Assembly: GCA_001179505.1 (NCBI GenBank) | Contig: CDMY01000793.1 | Span: forward strand, 1-19,593 | Direction: 5' to 3' | Source of the DNA: Vitrella brassicaformis CCMP3155 | Taxonomy: Eukaryota; Protista; Chromerida | Length of the DNA: 19,593 nucleotides | In this document: positions 1 through 11,700 of the stretch, piece by piece | Layout of the letters: each line of letters opens with the position of its first letter | Numbering within the stretch: the first letter of the stretch is position 1 | Translations under genes and position numbers: made by a program | The notes under the pieces: model-generated | What the model was told of the DNA's origin: nothing | Seen by the model: the letters and a program-made list of their open reading frames with translations, nothing else | The model's database searches: none

Positions 1-64
1 CCAGCGGGCAGCGGGCGAAGGAATGACATGTTTATTTGTGCGTGTTTGCACCTTCATTCATCAG

Positions 65-3000
65 GGCATCTGCTGGCGATTTGCATTTCGTTTCTGGCCG
101 AGTGGAGTCCCGACATGGACACGAACCGGGCGGCCATCAAGCTGGAGCTCTGGCGTAACAGCTTCGACACCTTCTGGGACGCCAACCTGCGGTTCGACAA
201 GGATAACCGACTGAACGGAGCCTTTATCATGCTCCAGCAGTTCCCAGGGACCACCAGCTTCAGCGATCTGAAGGCGGTGGCACCCGAGGCCGTTGCCGAA
301 GTCCCCATTCAGATCCCCATGCCGAGCTTCGAGTCGAGATTCATAGGCTGCCCCCCCGGCACCTTTAATGATGGTCGGTCGGTTGAACAAGCAAGACCTG
401 CAGCGAAGGCTGGCAACTCACGCCGATTGATTGACGGTTGTGTTCTCTCTCTCTCTCTCTCTCTCTCCGTGTGTGTGTGTGTGTGTGTTATGTATGCAGG
501 GCTGGAGTGCAGAAACTGCTCCGCCAACACCTTCTCGGACACGACAAATGCCACTCGGTGCGAGTTCTGCCCACCTGGTAGGTATCCACGTCTTTCAAGA
601 CACCAGCACACACGGAGACAGGCGAACGGAAAATGGTCTTTGTTCGTTTGTTGCCGAGTGTGATGTGGTGTGGTACATATGGATGGCTGCCATTGACATA
701 TGTACCCCTGCATGTGTGCGTGTGTGAATGAACGTATGCACATATGTGTGTACACACGTGTCAGGGCAAGGCCAGCCGCTGGAGGGTCAGACGAGCTGCA
801 CCGACTGCGAGGTCGGCCAGGCCAACCCGGGCGGATCTGCTGAAGGGTGCCGGGACTGCACCATGGGCACCTTCTCGGACAGAAAAGGGTCGAGTGTGTG
901 CCAGCGATGCGCCACGGGGGAGTTTAATGACAGAGAGAGACAGAGCGGCTGCACCAAGTGCGGCAAGACACGTACCACAGGAGAGCTTGGCAGTGTGTCG
1001 GCCAAGCAGTGCGTGTGCAAAGAGGGCTACTTCTTCACTGGTCAGTCTACTCACTCGTACCAACTCACTCACTGACTCACTCATCCAGGTCGCCAGACTG
1101 AAATGAGTGTTTGTGTCTCCGTGTGGTGAGTGCAGGACTGTACGAGCTCGTGGGAGACACAAACAAGACCAGCTTCAAGGGGACCACAGAACCTCGGGAG
1201 CTCATCAATGCGACGATCCCAGAAGGCACCTGCAAGCTGTGCAATGACGACCTCTACGAATGCAGAGGTGGCTTTGTCTCTCTGTCTGTCTATCCGTTAA
1301 AAGATGTCATATACATATGTATGTACAAGTTCGTGTATGAGTGTATGTGTGCATTGCAGGGAGCTTCCACCCGCCCAAAGCAAAGGATGGATTCTACATG
1401 GAAGCCTATGACATAACATATCGGGACGACAACGGCTTCCCCGCCATCTACGAGTGCAGCCCGCGGTCCTCTTGCGAAGGCGGCGCCCCACAAAAGTGCA
1501 AAAAGCACCGCACGGGAATTGCTTGTGGCCGGTGTGAAGACGGATACTCCAAGGTCAGAAAGAAGGACTGCACGCAGACAGACAGACAGACAGACGGACA
1601 GGGCAGGTAGGTGGGTGGGCAATGGGAGAGGAAAACTGATAGCTAAGGAGTCAGTCATCAGTCGGTCAATCCTCGTGTGTACGTCTTGTGTGGTCCTGTC
1701 CTGTGTTGTGTCGTGCTGTGCCGTGCTGTGCTGGTCCTTCCCGTACGCACGCAGAGCCGGGGTGGCAGGTGTAACAAGTGCTCGATCAAGGGCAACCGAG
1801 CCGGCTTTCTGATCATTTGCCTGCTCGTCATGCTGCCGATCGGCGCCTACTTCTACTCCAAGACGTCCTATGAGGACCCGCGCAAGGGCGACGGCACACT
1901 GAGCGCGTCCACCAGGAGCGTCATGAGTAGTCGGACGGACCGCGAGGCGGCCGACGACCCCAACAAGGCGTTTCTGATCATCCTGTCGTTTCTGCAGCAC
2001 ATCGGCATCATCAGCAGCTTCAACCTCAAGATGCCAGTCGATGTGCTGACACTCTTCAGCATCCCGCGCATCTTCATGCTCGACCCGAGCATCCTCAGCA
2101 TGTCGTGCTGGGGTTTTGACACATATGGCAAGCAGCTCGCCTTCACCTACTCCATACCCCTTATCTTCGTCGCCTCCGTCATCGTACTCCACTTCTCATT
2201 CAGGGTACCTATCCATCTGCATACCGATCTACACGCACCAACCAACCCATTAAGCAACCATCAAAGAGCCCCGTGTTGTGCGGACATGTGTGTGCAGCTT
2301 CTTGGTCATGTCGGCGGCAACTGGGCCCCTCTCAACCCCGCACGCTACTCGGGAAAGAAGGCGGCGTTTCTGCAGGTGCGAACCCGTATGTGCACGCCAA
2401 TGGAGACAGTGATGAGGATGTCTGTCTCGTTCTTTGTACGTACGCACGCGTCTGCTGCAGTGGTTCCGCAAGAGGTTCATCGATGGATCACACGGTGTCG
2501 GATCCATCAGAGTGCGTGAGACATGGGCAAGCTTGGCATCCATTCGCCTCTTCTCGCTGGCTGACATGTGCTCTGTATGCGTGGTTTGCCACGTGCCATG
2601 TGTCTGTGTGTGGGTGCAGATTCTGGCGACCGTTGCCCAGACGAGCTCATTCCTCTACGTGGCCCTTTCCAGTCTCGCTACCGCTGGCATCGACTGCTAC
2701 CGCGTAATGACGACACGAAACAAAGATCAATGGAATGAGCCAAATGTGATTGAATCTGTCTGTCTGTCTGTCTTGCCGCACTCACGCTTATGTCTGCGTC
2801 TGGTCGCGGCCCGCAGCACCCCTCTGGCGACTACACGGTCCGTTCTCACCCATACATTTTCTGCCATGCCGCCCGCGCATACGGGGGGCGCGAGCCGGAA
2901 GACCGGGAGAAGGAATACAGGGACCAGCTGTGGATGGTGGGGCTGGCCATGTTCCTCTACATATTCTGCCCCTATATCATCGCCATTGTCGTGTCCTTCC

Positions 3001-4965
3001 GAGTGCAAAACCTCGTCAACTTCAAGAGAAAGAACGGCAGGAACCTGGAAGGTGCGTATGAAGAGTGTGCTCCCGGCACAAGCCCACACATTGTCACACA
3101 ATCTAGTGAACGTGATGTGTGTGTGTGTGTCTGTCTGTCTGTGTCTGTGTCTGTCTGTCTGTCTGTCAGAGTCGGACGCCATCTTCAAGGCGGCCTTCAA
3201 ATATGTCGTGGTACGTGCATGTGTGATGAATTCCTTCGCCTGGCTTGGCTGTCGGCTCCGCATTGTCCACACGCCAATTGTGCGAGTGTGTGTGCGTGTC
3301 AGGGCAAGTACCGCAATGGAATGGTCTGGTGGGGTAAGAAGCATCAAAAGCACACTCAGACACACTTTTCATGCCCAACACTTCTACAACATCTGGAAAA
3401 TATGCGTGATGATGGCGACGCATGCTCTTGTGTGTGTGTATATGGATGTCTGTCCCCCGTGCCACACAAGAGTGCATTTGGATGGTGAGCGCCAGTGACC
3501 GAAGGGGACCAAAGAAAGAAATACTCGCTCAGGTGTGGCTTTTCCTGACTGCTGCAGGCCCGAAATGCCGTGCTCGCGCTCAGCACGGTGCTCCTTCCCA
3601 ACCTGGGTGCGTGGCCGGATGAGTGGGAGACATCGGCATGGGAGAGTGTCTGTGTGTGTGTGTGTGTGTGTTTGTGTCCAGGCCAGCTGCAGCTCATGTA
3701 CTACGCAGTCATCCTGACCTTCTACGTAAGTATGTGCCATTTTGTTCCATCCAAGCCCATTGGATGCTTGGGCTCTTGTGCTTACCCTTGTGGTTGACAG
3801 AATTTCGGAACGGTGAGCGTGCACGTCTCCCTCCCTCCCTCTCTCCCCTCTCTCCCTCTCTCCCTCCCTCCCTCCCTCCCTCCCTGCCTGCCTGCCGCCT
3901 GCCACTTGCTGTTTGTACACATACATGCCTCGATCGTATCCGTTGCATGTGTGTATACATGTGTATTGTGTATTGTGTGATTACATATGTACATAGCTGT
4001 CGCTGGCTCCCTGGCGCCGGTCGGCCAACAGCAAGCTTGATGTGGCGCTGACGCTCGTGCTTCTGCACATAATCACCATGGTCGGCCTCTTCTACACCTT
4101 CCCCGTCCCCGATGATAACATCAACATGTCTGCCGCCAGGTTCTCCACCGGTAGGGATTGAGTGGCCTTGCCGGGAAGGAAGCGAAACAGGACACCCAAA
4201 GACGCATGTACGCATGGAGGTGTCTGTGCGTGCGTCAGCTGTGCTGCTCTTTGTGGAGGTGCTGGCCCTGGTGCCCTTCCTGTACTTGTTTGGGTCAGGG
4301 GTGAGCGATGCTCGGCCAGACAAGGGGATACAAACGACAGACACCCTTCACTCCCTCTGTGTGTGTGCTCCGTGTGTCAGTTCAAGAAGGGCAGCAGCAG
4401 TTCGCGCCGCTTCAGTGCCATTTTCCAGTCCTCGAGGCGCGTCTCGAGGATGCACGTGGGTGGCGCAAGTGAGAAGAACATCAAGCCACTCAACGACGAC
4501 GAGTCGTCCATCAGGAAGCAAGAAAAGAAGGTGGGGCTGGGCGACTGACTGACTGACGCGTGTTAATGTTGAATAAGTCGCGGGCGTTTGACATTTCACC
4601 ATGAGTGCTCTGTCTCGCTGGCTGCCTGCAGGGGGCTGCCATTCACCCGGCCGAGCAAAACATGGTACCATGCAATCAATCGATACAAAAAATAAAGCCA
4701 GTTTTTTCTGTGTCCTTTCTCTCTGTCTCTCAGCCTGCCACCCAGTTGCCTGCCACCACGCAATACGCTGAGCAGCCAGCTACCGCCAAGGTATGACGTA
4801 CGTGTGTGGTGTGAGTGAAGGCATTCATCGTGCATTCAACTCACGAACGCATCGGATGCCGCGTGTGGCTGCCCTGTCATGTGGTGTCATGTGGTGTCGT
4901 ATCGATCGATCGATCCTCACCATCAGGCGCACTCGTCAGAGATTGACGCCATGGATCTCGCCTAG
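65..4965 (+). CDS. 5'-truncated multi-exon gene: PBP1/Venus-flytrap-like C-terminal end + Cys-rich GCC2/GCC3 (ephrin-receptor-like) repeats + about 9-TM domain (CRMP-like membrane receptor), about 841 aa in window
   Basis: Exons 65-373, 500-577, 765-1040, 1136-1267, 1360-1553, 1755-2204, 2298-2375, 2461-2511, 2620-2703, 2817-3051, 3170-3210, 3303-3333, 3471-3484, 3558-3606, 3682-3725, 3997-4150, 4239-4300, 4381-4530, 4734-4790, 4927-4965. All introns are GT-AG and phases stay in frame to TAG at 4963-4965. Motifs include CPPGTF, CxxCxxGTFSD, CxxCxxGEFN, CVCKEGYF and CGRCEDGYS, followed by nine hydrophobic segments. Confidence 0.88.
500..1790 (+). other. Cys-rich ectodomain of gene 1 (GCC2/GCC3-type CxxCxxG repeats plus juxtamembrane CxxxRxGxxCGxCxxGY module)
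   Basis: Spliced translation: CRNCSANTFSDTTNATRCEFCPPGQGQ...CTDCEVGQANPGGSAEGCRDCTMGTFSDRKGSSVCQRCATGEFNDRERQSGCTKC...CVCKEGYF...CKKHRTGIACGRCEDGYSKSRGGRCNKC. Confidence 0.85.
3827..3894 (+). repeat. Intronic (CCCT)n/(GCCT)n microsatellite, an example of the SSR-filled introns
   Basis: Read directly. Similar tracts occur at 445-488 (CT/GT), about 1575-1600 (GACA), 6836-6859 (ATCC) and in many other introns. Confidence 0.95.
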
Positions 4966-5004
4966 GGACGTTGGCGCCAAACGACAAGCCCCCCTAAGAA
5001 ATAG

Positions 5005-5119
5005 GTAAGTGAGTACGTCAGTGTGGTGTCTCCTTGCTCGCTCACCCACTCGCGTGGCTGGCTCGTGTCGTGTGTGTGTGTGTGTATGCCATCCATCAGC
5101 ACTTCGTGTGTGCCCGCAG
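5005..5119 (+). other. Putative intron in the 3' UTR of gene 1
   Basis: AG|GTAAGT donor at 5005, internal (TG)n tract like the coding introns, and GCCCGCAG acceptor ending at 5119. It starts 39 nt after the stop codon. Confidence 0.5.
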
Positions 5120-5747
5120 CCGGCATCACGAAGCAGTCAGCTCATCAAGACCCGCCCGTAGGAAGGGCAGCAACCTCTCTAGTCGGTAGCAGCATCATCT
5201 GCGTGTTTCTTCCGGTCGGTCGGTCGATCGGTCGATAGTCAGTAGATAGAAGGCTCGTAGATCAGGGTAAGTAAAGAATAGCTGTACGTTAGCTGCCGGG
5301 CGTCCCATCATGTCGCCCCCCGATCGGGCGCGGAAGTCGCGCCCGTGTGGACAGCAGTGTAGCACCGTATTCTATAGATGGTGCACGGAAAGAGGAGAAA
5401 GGGAAAAAGAGAGAGGAGCGCGGCTTCCCCTAGTGAGCACACAAATGTTGTCTCCATGCCTGCCTACCGCGGAGGTGTAATTAATTGTGGACACTGCATC
5501 CACTGAATGTGCGAATGAATCCATCCATCCATTCATAAAAGCTCGTCTAAGGGTTTCTCTCAGTCTTTCTCCACCGCTCTGATCCGCCCAGACATGCACA
5601 CACGCAGAGCGGACGGGCAGTCACACATCGACCATAGGCACACAAACTTTGTGGAAGACGTTGCCACAGTGACAATGGGTGGCTTTCTGACGAGCTCTTT
5701 CTCTTTCTCTCTCTCTCTGTGTGAGTGTGTGTGTATGTGTGTCAGTG

Positions 5748-8700
5748 CTATGTTTGGTGGCTGCTCATCGTGTCCGTGTAAGCCTTGGATGGCTTGGGGT
5801 TGGTCTTGAGCTCCATGGCCAAGTGCTCACTCCCGGCGAACCGACGACGATACTCACACAAACACAACTCGACGTCCTTCTGCACACACATGACGTCACA
5901 TGACGTCACATGACGTCACACCACATGCCGCCATGGGATGGGCACAAGCAAGAGGGAGAGAGATGCTGCTCACGCGAGGAGGGTTCCGCCAGCCCCTGGT
6001 TGCGTTGACGTTCCAGTTCTTCTCGAAACGCGCCTTCATCAGATACCTGAGAGACACAGCACAAGACACAGGCATGTGTTGGATGGATGGATGGATCTGT
6101 GGTCGCTGGCTCACTCGTTGATGTCCATTATGTCGAGCTCCTCGGGGACACTGTAGCTCTGCAGCTGCGATAGGTCCCTGCACGAGCCGCGAGGTGGGGC
6201 CTTCCCATAAGAACCCTCCATCGCGCGAGGCAACTGCATTACAGACACATCAACGACATGGACGACGTACCGTTCTTCGCACTGTGCGTGTCTCCATCTC
6301 TCCTCCTCCCGTTGCCTCCCCTGCCCTCCCTCCCTCCCTCCCTCCCTCCCTGTCTCTGGTCTGTACATACCCATCTGATGTTGTGTGTGTAATTGGGGGA
6401 CTTGTACACGCCCAGCACGTGTATGTCCATCGCCAGCTCGCCGTACACGAAGGTGAAGGGCGCCTCGCCCCGCAGCACACTCTCGGGCAACATCGTCACC
6501 AGACGTGGCGCCGAGCCGCTGCACAAGTAGTAGTCTGAACCACACACGGAGAGAGGGAGGGATGCAGGGAGGGAGGCGTTTTTAGAGAGGGAGGGAGGTA
6601 GGCTGGTTGGCTTACTGGCGTCTGTTGGGCCGATGGTGCGGCCATCTGGGAAGCGAAACTCGTGATGAATCTCCGCCGAATCGTCCTGAGAGTTCGGAGA
6701 ATGAAGAAGGACGGCTGTCTCTGTGTGATGTTTCTGTGTCTATCTCACTGACAGGGTAATCGAATGTGGCCAGAAACACACGGCAGAGGTTCCACAATGT
6801 GATGTTCATCCACAGCTGGCCAGCACACAACACCGATCCATCCATCCATCCATCCATCCCCTGACGGCTGCCTCTGCTGTTCACTCACCCCTAGGTATCT
6901 CACGAGGCAAGAGCCCTCAGCAAACTGCTCGCTCACCGCCCGCACCTCCAGCACGTCAAGCGAGTTGATGACGTCCGGATCCTCAGACACACTACCACCT
7001 CCACCACCACCACCACCACCAGCCGCCTTGCTCCCCTCCCTCTGTTTCTTTTTCTCTCTCTCCGCGCCCCCTCTGCGTCTCATGAGGTGGGCGTCCGCCC
7101 CTCCCGCCATGTGTGGGATGAGTGTGTCGCTGTGTATGGCTGCGTCGGGGACAGTGCGGATGGGGTTGCTGATGGGGAAGCGCCGCTGGCGGGCCGACGC
7201 GAAGAGCACGCGGAAGCGGTCCAGCTCGCTCTCGTGCATCCCTGCAGACAGAAGGCCCGAGAGACAGAGGCAGAGAGACAGAGGGAGAGGTGTGCCGGAC
7301 TTGAGTTGCTGGTGGAGCTCTTTGTGTGTACATGGCAGTCGCTCTGCGGGCTCCCATACGGGCTCTTTGAAGCGCTTCTTCACCTGAACGAACAAACGAA
7401 CAACGAACAGGGAAGGGAAGGCACTTTCATGTGTGTGGGGTGTGGTTGAATGGCTGTGTCTCGTTGTCTACCAGGTACAGGTAGCGCCGGCCGTTCCACT
7501 TGGAATCGAGCAAACCTGAAGACACAACACAAACCACACAATACACACCAGATACACACATGACAAACACGACCACCCATCCACCGATCCACCCATCCCT
7601 CCATCCATCCATCTGACCTTCGAACATTGATTCGTCTGCATCTTCCTCCTCCTCTTCCTCCTCCATACGCTCGTCATCCTCACACTCATCCTCACCACCA
7701 ACGCCCACACCCACACCCACCAGCGGCCCTCGCTTCACCCCCTGGCCGCCCCCAGACGCCAGACGAGGGCCCCGCTTGCCCGACCCCACAGCGCGGCGGC
7801 GCTGGGTGGTGCCCATGTAGCCTGACGAGCTGCTGCTGGTCGCCTTCGGTTTGGACGCTGGGCGCGACGGGCTGGATGAGGAGGGGGTCAGCGATGGGCT
7901 CGACGTGTGACGGCGCGACCGTGACTGCGACTGGGGCCGTGGCCGTGGTGTGCCGCTCCGACCCATGCGGGCCTTCTTATGCTGTGCCTGCTCCGCCTGC
8001 GCGGCCGCCTCCAGCCGCCGCTTGGCGTTCATCTTGGCGTGGCGGTGGGCTCGGTTGTCTCTCCCCGCCCCCTCCTTCTGCCCCTGCCCCTGCCCGTCTT
8101 TGATGGACAGCCCAAACACGGCGGGCATCCTGATCGGGCCAGCCCGCAGGTCGCAGCTGACCGGGCCGGTGAGGAAGCAGCCGCGGTGCAGCGCCCGGCT
8201 GACGCGGCCCACGCGGCCGGCTCCACCATCCAGATGGAGTGGCTCCAGAGTGCCGTTCTGGGCGTGCTGCTTGACGAGGCCCCTCAGGTGCGCTGCCAGG
8301 GGGGCGGCCTTGCCGTTGCCCTTGCCCCCACCAATGGCAGCGTGGGGGACAGGGAGATGCGGGCGCTGCTGGTGCTGGTGCTGGTGGCGGTGCTGCTCGC
8401 GGTGGTGGTGGGGCTGTTTGTCAGCGTCTTCGGCATTGTGATCGTCATATGTGTGTGTGGAGAGGGAGAGGCCGTCGGGCAGTGTGCGGGAGGAGGCGAG
8501 CTGGGTGAGCTGTGAGATGAAGTCGCGGGGCGGGAGGACGTAGAGGGCACGGACGAGCCGCTCCTGCGCCTTGCGCGAGAGGTGCTGCCACACAGACGCA
8601 CAGACACGGAGATGGACACGGTGTGGTGGTGTGTGGTGGGGAATGGGTGTGTGTTGTGATGACTGACTGACCTTGGTGGGCACCGTGGGCAGGTCGCGGG

Positions 8701-11700
8701 CCCGGTTCTTCTTGCTATTGGCAGCGAGGTTGGAATTCCACCAGCTCCCCTGCAGCTCCCTGCTCACACACAGACACAGACAGACACACATAGCAGTCAG
8801 TACAGTATAGGTGCAATCGATTGCTGATATTCCTTCCACGCGTGGAGTGGAGTGGAGTGGAGGGGGGAGGGGGGCGTGTAGAAATGTCGACCTGTTGATT
8901 CTGAGTATGTCGATGGGTGCGTTGTTGTCGGGGTACATGGCCAGCCGGCCCTCATCGGTGACGATCCGACGCGACGGCGCGACACCCACACTGCCCTCAG
9001 CCACCAAACGCGGAAACTGACCAAACACCCGGAAACACACACATCCATCCATCCATCCCTCTCTCTCTGTGTGTGTGTGGGGCACTGCACCCATCCGATC
9101 CGCCCACCGACCGACCGACCCATTTGTGTAGGTTAAGCAGGCCGGCCCCCCTGTCCTCCATCCGCTGCTCGTACACGATGACGTCCTCGACGACCACGTG
9201 GAATGTGACGGCGCCGTAGACGAGCTTGAATGTGGTGCCGATGAACGACCTGTCCTTGTCGAAGTCGGGCCGGGGGCAGCGGGAGCCGCTCTGGTTCTTG
9301 TAGTCGAAATCTGAACACACACAACACACACACACACACACGCATCCACCCTTGTGTGTATGTGTGTGTGTGTGTGTGGTAGTGTTGATGGATGTGTCGG
9401 GGTGGGGGCCGGCCTGACCTGTGTGTGGCAGTATGGAGCCGTCTGGCAGCTCCCAGTGGTGCGGGACAGTGGACTGGCCCTCGTTGACCCAATGCTGAAC
9501 ACACACCCAGAGAGAGAGACACGCCTGGCGGGATGGGGGCAGCAGTGTTGTGTGACAGGGTCACCTCGACTTCATGGTCCAGCGACATGGCCAGCGCACG
9601 GTACAAGTTGTACCACGTCAAACCTGCACACACACACACACACCGCACTTAAGGAGTGAGAACGATAGATACCGTCAAGTTTGCGTGCTGTGTGTCCGTG
9701 TGTGTGGTGCTGCTTTACTTCCGAGGCATGCGATCCGTCTGACGACCCTCTGCCCGCCCACAACGGCCTCAAACTTATACATCAGCACACCGGGCTTACG
9801 CTCACCCATCTTACGATTCGCAAACCTACCGGCGCCCCCGCCGCCCCTCCTACCCCCCCTCACGCCCACATCCCCCTTGTCATTGGCCTTGTTCTCACCA
9901 CCACCACCACCACCACACACACCCTCTCCCTCTCCCTCTCCCTTCGCCACCATGCGCATCTTCCGCCGCTTGAGCCGGTCGTGTGCTGCTGCTGCTGGTG
10001 CTTCGTCGGGCCATGTGAGAGTGTGTTGCGGCTGCATCTTGATGGAGCTGACGAATGCGTGGCGGCTGTGCGTGTCTGCGAGGAATGGGGCGATGGGTTT
10101 GGCGAAGAGCTGGTCGAGCCGATGGGACAGCAGCAGGTCGACCGGGGGAGGGATGCTGTCCTGCACACACACACATACACATACACACACACTCAAGGGA
10201 AGCGTATTAGGGCCGCCTTGTGGGGTGCGTGTGGTGTGTGCTGGTGACATACATACATACCGGTAGCTGCAGAAGGCGACGCAGCGTTCTGTCACGGAAC
10301 TCTCTGACACCAACCAACCAACCAAGCAGCCAGCCAGCCATGGAAAAGGCCAATGTGGTCATGTGTGTGTGGTTTTGTGTGTGGGGTCGTGGTGCACCCA
10401 CCCATTGATTTCGTGTACGTCGACGTCGGTCTGCACACGATGGGCGGCGAGGCCATACGGCGACCCGCACGCATCCACAGAAGGGGCCGTGCCTCGAGCA
10501 CTCGACACACGGGGAACCTGCAGACACACACACACACACACACACAGACAGACAGACATGATGGATGGCTTCTCATGTGTGTATGTCAGTGACACATACA
10601 TACCCATTGCAGGTCACTGTCTGTGAAAGTGACGATGTCTGTGAGTGTGACGGTGAGCTGCAGGACGCCGAACGAGTAGCCGAAGGTGCCTCTGCGGCCG
10701 ACGGCATGTGTGCTGAGGACGTCGTGCAGACGGTGGTCGTCCGTGCACATGGAGCCGGCATTGGCCGACGAGTAGATGGCGTCAGAGAAGAAGAAACAAT
10801 GCCTATGGGCATCGTTGCCCTGCACACACCACACACACCACATCACACCCACCACACCACACGTACGTCCTGCCCTCCCCAGCCCCCTCTCTGCACCCAC
10901 CGGCCCCACCTGCATGTCAAGGGCCGTCAGGAAACACACGTGCAGCTGGTACAACGACAGTCTGGCCGGCACCGCCACCACACGACGCACCTCCCCTTCT
11001 CGAAACGACCGGCACTCGAGCAGCAGCTCCACCCCATCCTCGCACCCCACACCCGCGGGCGCATCACCACCACCCACAGCAGCCCCGCGCGGCACATCGC
11101 CTGCCGACGGGTCGTCTTGTGAGAAGTTCATGCACTCGGCACTGTGGGCCATGTCGTCACTCGAGGCGTACTTGAGGGGCGAGGGCGGGGAGGGGGAGGG
11201 GCAGATGGAGAAGGCCGGGCCAGATGGGGTCACCGTGGTCTTGGTGGTGGTGGTCTTGCGCTTAGAAGGGGGAGAGGGGGGGATGTTGCTGAGAAGACGG
11301 TTCAGACGCCCAGACGCCAGAAGCTTATGCAACTGCCATAGATCAAGACACCATCAAAGGTTTCCTGGAGCTGCCAAATCCCGCTAGCCCTTTCTGTGGG
11401 TGTGTAGGTATGTACCTGCTTCACAGTCATCTGGGGGAACACGATATCGCGGCATCCAACCAATGGCATCCCCGTCGCCGACGGACAGAAGGCCGAACGC
11501 GCCGCCTTCAAGTTGCCCATGGCCACAAACGGGACCTTGGCCGCTGCTGCCGATGGCTTAGGATTAGGCATGTGATCTGCCGCCGGACGGTCCTCCTTCT
11601 CGCGCGGCGCATCTTCTGGATCTGCCGTGGCGTGGGTGGGGAGAGGGGGAGGGGGAGGGGCCATCGGAGCAGATTCTTTGGATGGATGGCGCGGGTCAGT

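Noticed and set aside
4381-4548. Gene 1 ending at VGLGD* (4548) as the main isoform
   Set aside because: A good donor at 4531 and two downstream in-phase exons with clean splice sites give a longer tail. The short form is kept only as possible intron retention.
7242-7331. GC donor at TCCG|GCACAC, or read-through of this in-frame intron
   Set aside because: A canonical GT donor at 7331 with the right phase gives better chromodomain spacing (WEPAERLPWMHESELDRF). Not proven.
6745-7395. CLVRYLG...AVDEHHIVEP as a second chromo/Tudor domain
   Set aside because: Splice phases force the LWMNITLWNL frame, which aligns with the pRiA4b-like repeats.
7427-9502. 691-aa ORF as a standalone protein
   Set aside because: It reads through several microsatellite introns (THTHT, CVCVC). 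Only parts, notably 8584-7618, are real exons of gene 2.
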